A stretch of DNA of 63,720 bases, counting the filler, from Choristocarpus tenellus KU-1152 (taxonomy: Eukaryota; Protista; Phaeophyceae): NCBI GenBank assembly GCA_964200185.2. It is 11 parts of 11 records of this genome, joined end to end, with 100 filler letters (N's around TTAATTAATTAA, not from the genome) between each part and the next. Parts side by side here need not be neighbours in the genome. Positions count along the whole stretch, not along the records: positions 60,980 to 63,720 come from CAXNAD020025146.1; 10 more parts are not named here. The stretch is one strand, 5' to 3'. Both the position numbers and the translations under genes were made by a program. The first letter of the stretch is position 1. Each line of letters opens with the position of its first letter. The notes under the pieces are model-generated. The model was not told the DNA's origin. It did not search any database and saw nothing but the letters and a program-made list of their open reading frames with translations. Positions 61,062 to 63,720 of this stretch are shown one piece after another.

Positions 61062-62833
61062 CGGTAAGAGAGACGTAGTTGTCATTGAAGTTGTACCACC
61101 TCTTATCAATCGAATTTTGAGACTTCGCCGTGTAGTGACCCCCCCGGAGGCTTCCGGAGTGCTCCTGAAAAAAGAAAAAGAAAAAAAGAAAAAAAAGAGT
61201 ACAAAATATGGTGGGAGATTCAAATCAACTGCGCTCGGAAATCGTCCTTAACTGTTGAAGACTGTTAAGGATCAACGAACTGCCCCACCACATCAAGTAC
61301 AGCCTTCAGCATATACACCAACCTTATCTTCAAAAACCAGACACATCCATTTATTTATTTATTTTTTTAAGTTAAGCAAGAGTCCCTTCTACCGAGAACA
61401 ATACCTCCCTCAAGGAATGACTTCCAAATTTGGAGAAGGTACCAGTCATTCCTCGAACTCATCAAATTGCCATAAAATAAATACAACACAACACAATACA
61501 CGGAGTATAGATTAAAAAATAAAAAACGAAGCATCAGTCGAGCATACTTAACCCTGACACCGAGTACATACGTAATGTCGTACATATGGAATGTAGTAAA
61601 TATCTTAGAAATACGTAACCCTTACAAAGAAGAAAAGGGTACAACCCACCGTCGTCCACCTCCTGTTGCAATCACAAAAGAAGAGAGAAGTAGATCAAAC
61701 ATCTTAGAACCCCCAACCACACCCCCCCCCACCCAAAAACCACAACAACAAAAAAAAAAAAAAAAAAAAAANNNNNNNNNNACAAACCCCCCAAACCCCC
61801 CCCCCTTTTAAAACAAAAAAAAAAAAAAAAAAGAAAAAAAAATCCTAAAACCCCCCCCCCCCCCCCCGCCACTAGAGTACACTGAAAAACAGGAGAGAAC
61901 AAAAAAAAAGATTACTCATCTTCATTTTTATAACTCACAATTACAAAAAAATATATATATATAGTCCATGAAGAATTACTGTACTATTCCACACAAAAAC
62001 AAACACTAGTAATAGTATGAAAAAAAAAGGTACAAAATTTCAATAAATTAATCCCAACAAAACTCACCGATACAGCGAATAGGTCATACACCGGAGGAGC
62101 CTTCCGGTACAAGGGTCCGCCCACACTTGAAATATATCTAAGGAAGGCATCGATTGTTCAAGCTTCAGGAGGTTGGATGCGAGGCGTGGGGGAGGGATGG
62201 GCACAGAGACTTTTCCTTTACCGCTTAGAGAGGTCCTTTGGCATGCAGTGCCTGCTGCTTATAAAATCCAACCAATCAAAACATGAGAACGAAATCTGAG
62301 AGCAAACAGAAAGCTCGAACTCCAAGAGTAATGATATCAGTTGATCGTATCATACATCTATTTTCATAAGAAAATGCTTGCCTATCTAATTACCCAACTA
62401 ACCCTAACCCTATTTCGGTATTTACTGAACGCACACAGGCTGCTCTCACGACAGAATCTGACAAAATCAAAAAAAAAAAAATCACTTCAGAAAACGCACT
62501 ACAAATATTAAAAAAATATCACTTTTAGTAAAAAATATATATATATATATTGCCCTACAATACACTACGTAGCACTACAAAGCAAGTAGTACTAACAAAT
62601 ACATATATACACACATATATATACATCTATGTAGTATTATATAGGGCTTGCTCTAGACATCGGAGCTGCAGCTTCAAATCAAACCTGCTAAGGTCAAGCC
62701 CCCTGGTGGGGAAACCCACTAGATCATCTATCTTTTGCCGATAAACGGAGACACTGCCAGGGGTGTACTGGAAACGCTTCAAGTTGATGATGAGCACATC
62801 AGGTGCTGTGTAGACATCCATCTTCTTGTACGC
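61062..62833 (-). CDS. Ubiquitin-specific protease (peptidase C19, USP4/11/15-like), C-terminal catalytic exons, partial
   Basis: Exons 62833-62685, 62137-62068 and 61164-61062 splice in frame to AYKKMDVYTAPDVLIINLKRFQY...KIDDLVGFPTRGLDLSRYIS...PVYDLFAVSEHSGSLRGGHYTAKSQNSIDKRWYNFNDNYVS. This shows the LKRF box and the His box (H-G-GGHY...W-FND). Confidence 0.93.
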
Positions 62834-63720
62834 CTGATTCTCATAGAAAAAAAATACATACAAAAAAATACATACAAAAAAACAGGTGCACACATCACAC
62901 ATACAAAAATATATATATAAATATGTATGGTCAGGATTGGGGTTGCTCTCAGGGGTAGAGGTTGGTTGGGTGGGTAAAAGAGAGGAGAGTAGAAGGGGGG
63001 TTATATATATATATATTAAAAAAGGACCGTTTCCGTAAGTAAGAAAAAAAAATCCAAAATCCATTATTTTTTTCAAAAATTGTCATTGGCAACTGCTCTA
63101 ACCTGGACTGAGATAGATGGTAGTTTATATATATATATGTATGTATGTATGTACATATTCTAAAACTATAATCAGGCGGCAGTTACAAAAAAACAATAAA
63201 AAAGATTGGATTCTACAACCATGCGCAGACGGAAGGACGTACGTGTATGATCAGCAAACTATTTATTTTAACCTAAAATTTTAAAACTATTTTTAACCCT
63301 AACCCTAAAAATTTAACCGTAAACCAAAAATAATCACAGAAGTTAATCACGGCTCAAAAATTAATTTAAAAAAAGTGTAAGTAGTCCAATTTTTTTTTTC
63401 CGGAGACTTTCAACTGTGTGTGGATGGGCGTTTGCACGACCCCTTCTTCAAGTCGAATCAAATCCGTTAACACAACTCTTGCAAGCCTCGATGAAGAAGC
63501 AAGCTTTTTTTTTTCATTATATATATATATATATTTTTTTCAAGATGGGCGTATTTGTTGAGACACTACTCTACAAGGTTGACCATCGAAACATTTAAGA
63601 AGTAATTGGGCAGCCTATACTTATCTATGACTCTACCCCCCGAAGCCCTCCAAAAATCAATTTCAGCATATGATACTTCACTGCATCCACTGTGCCATTT
63701 ATGAGGAGAACTTGCCCCCC

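Overview
Eukaryotic nuclear DNA, most likely a brown alga or related stramenopile. This is inferred from the long GT-AG introns with short exons, TTAGGG tracts, and 126-nt single-TPR exons of the Ectocarpus NB-ARC-TPR type. The window is not contiguous: 11 small contigs are joined by ten artificial N44-TTAATTAATTAA-N44 spacers, so adjacency across spacers means nothing. Almost all six-frame ORFs are spurious, and the real genes are spliced. Supported gene fragments are: a long coiled-coil protein (10194-22843, -), an ISWI/SMARCA5 chromatin remodeller (9 exons, 23347-31576, -), two phase-0 TPR cassette exons (32458-32583 and 35973-36098, +), a protein with repeated Ig-like beta domains (6 exons, 57290-60421, +), and a USP deubiquitinase (3 exons, 61062-62833, -). 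Repeats are dominated by a ~258-bp MITE (family A, 17 copies, three nested head-to-head inside itself) and a related poly-G-TIR MITE (family B). There are also relics of Gypsy, Copia, LINE and possibly CxC/KDZ-SWIM transposons, and possible giant-virus-type HNH genes. A 148-nt pre-miRNA-like foldback lies at 37687-37834. All calls come from manual reading; no searches were run.
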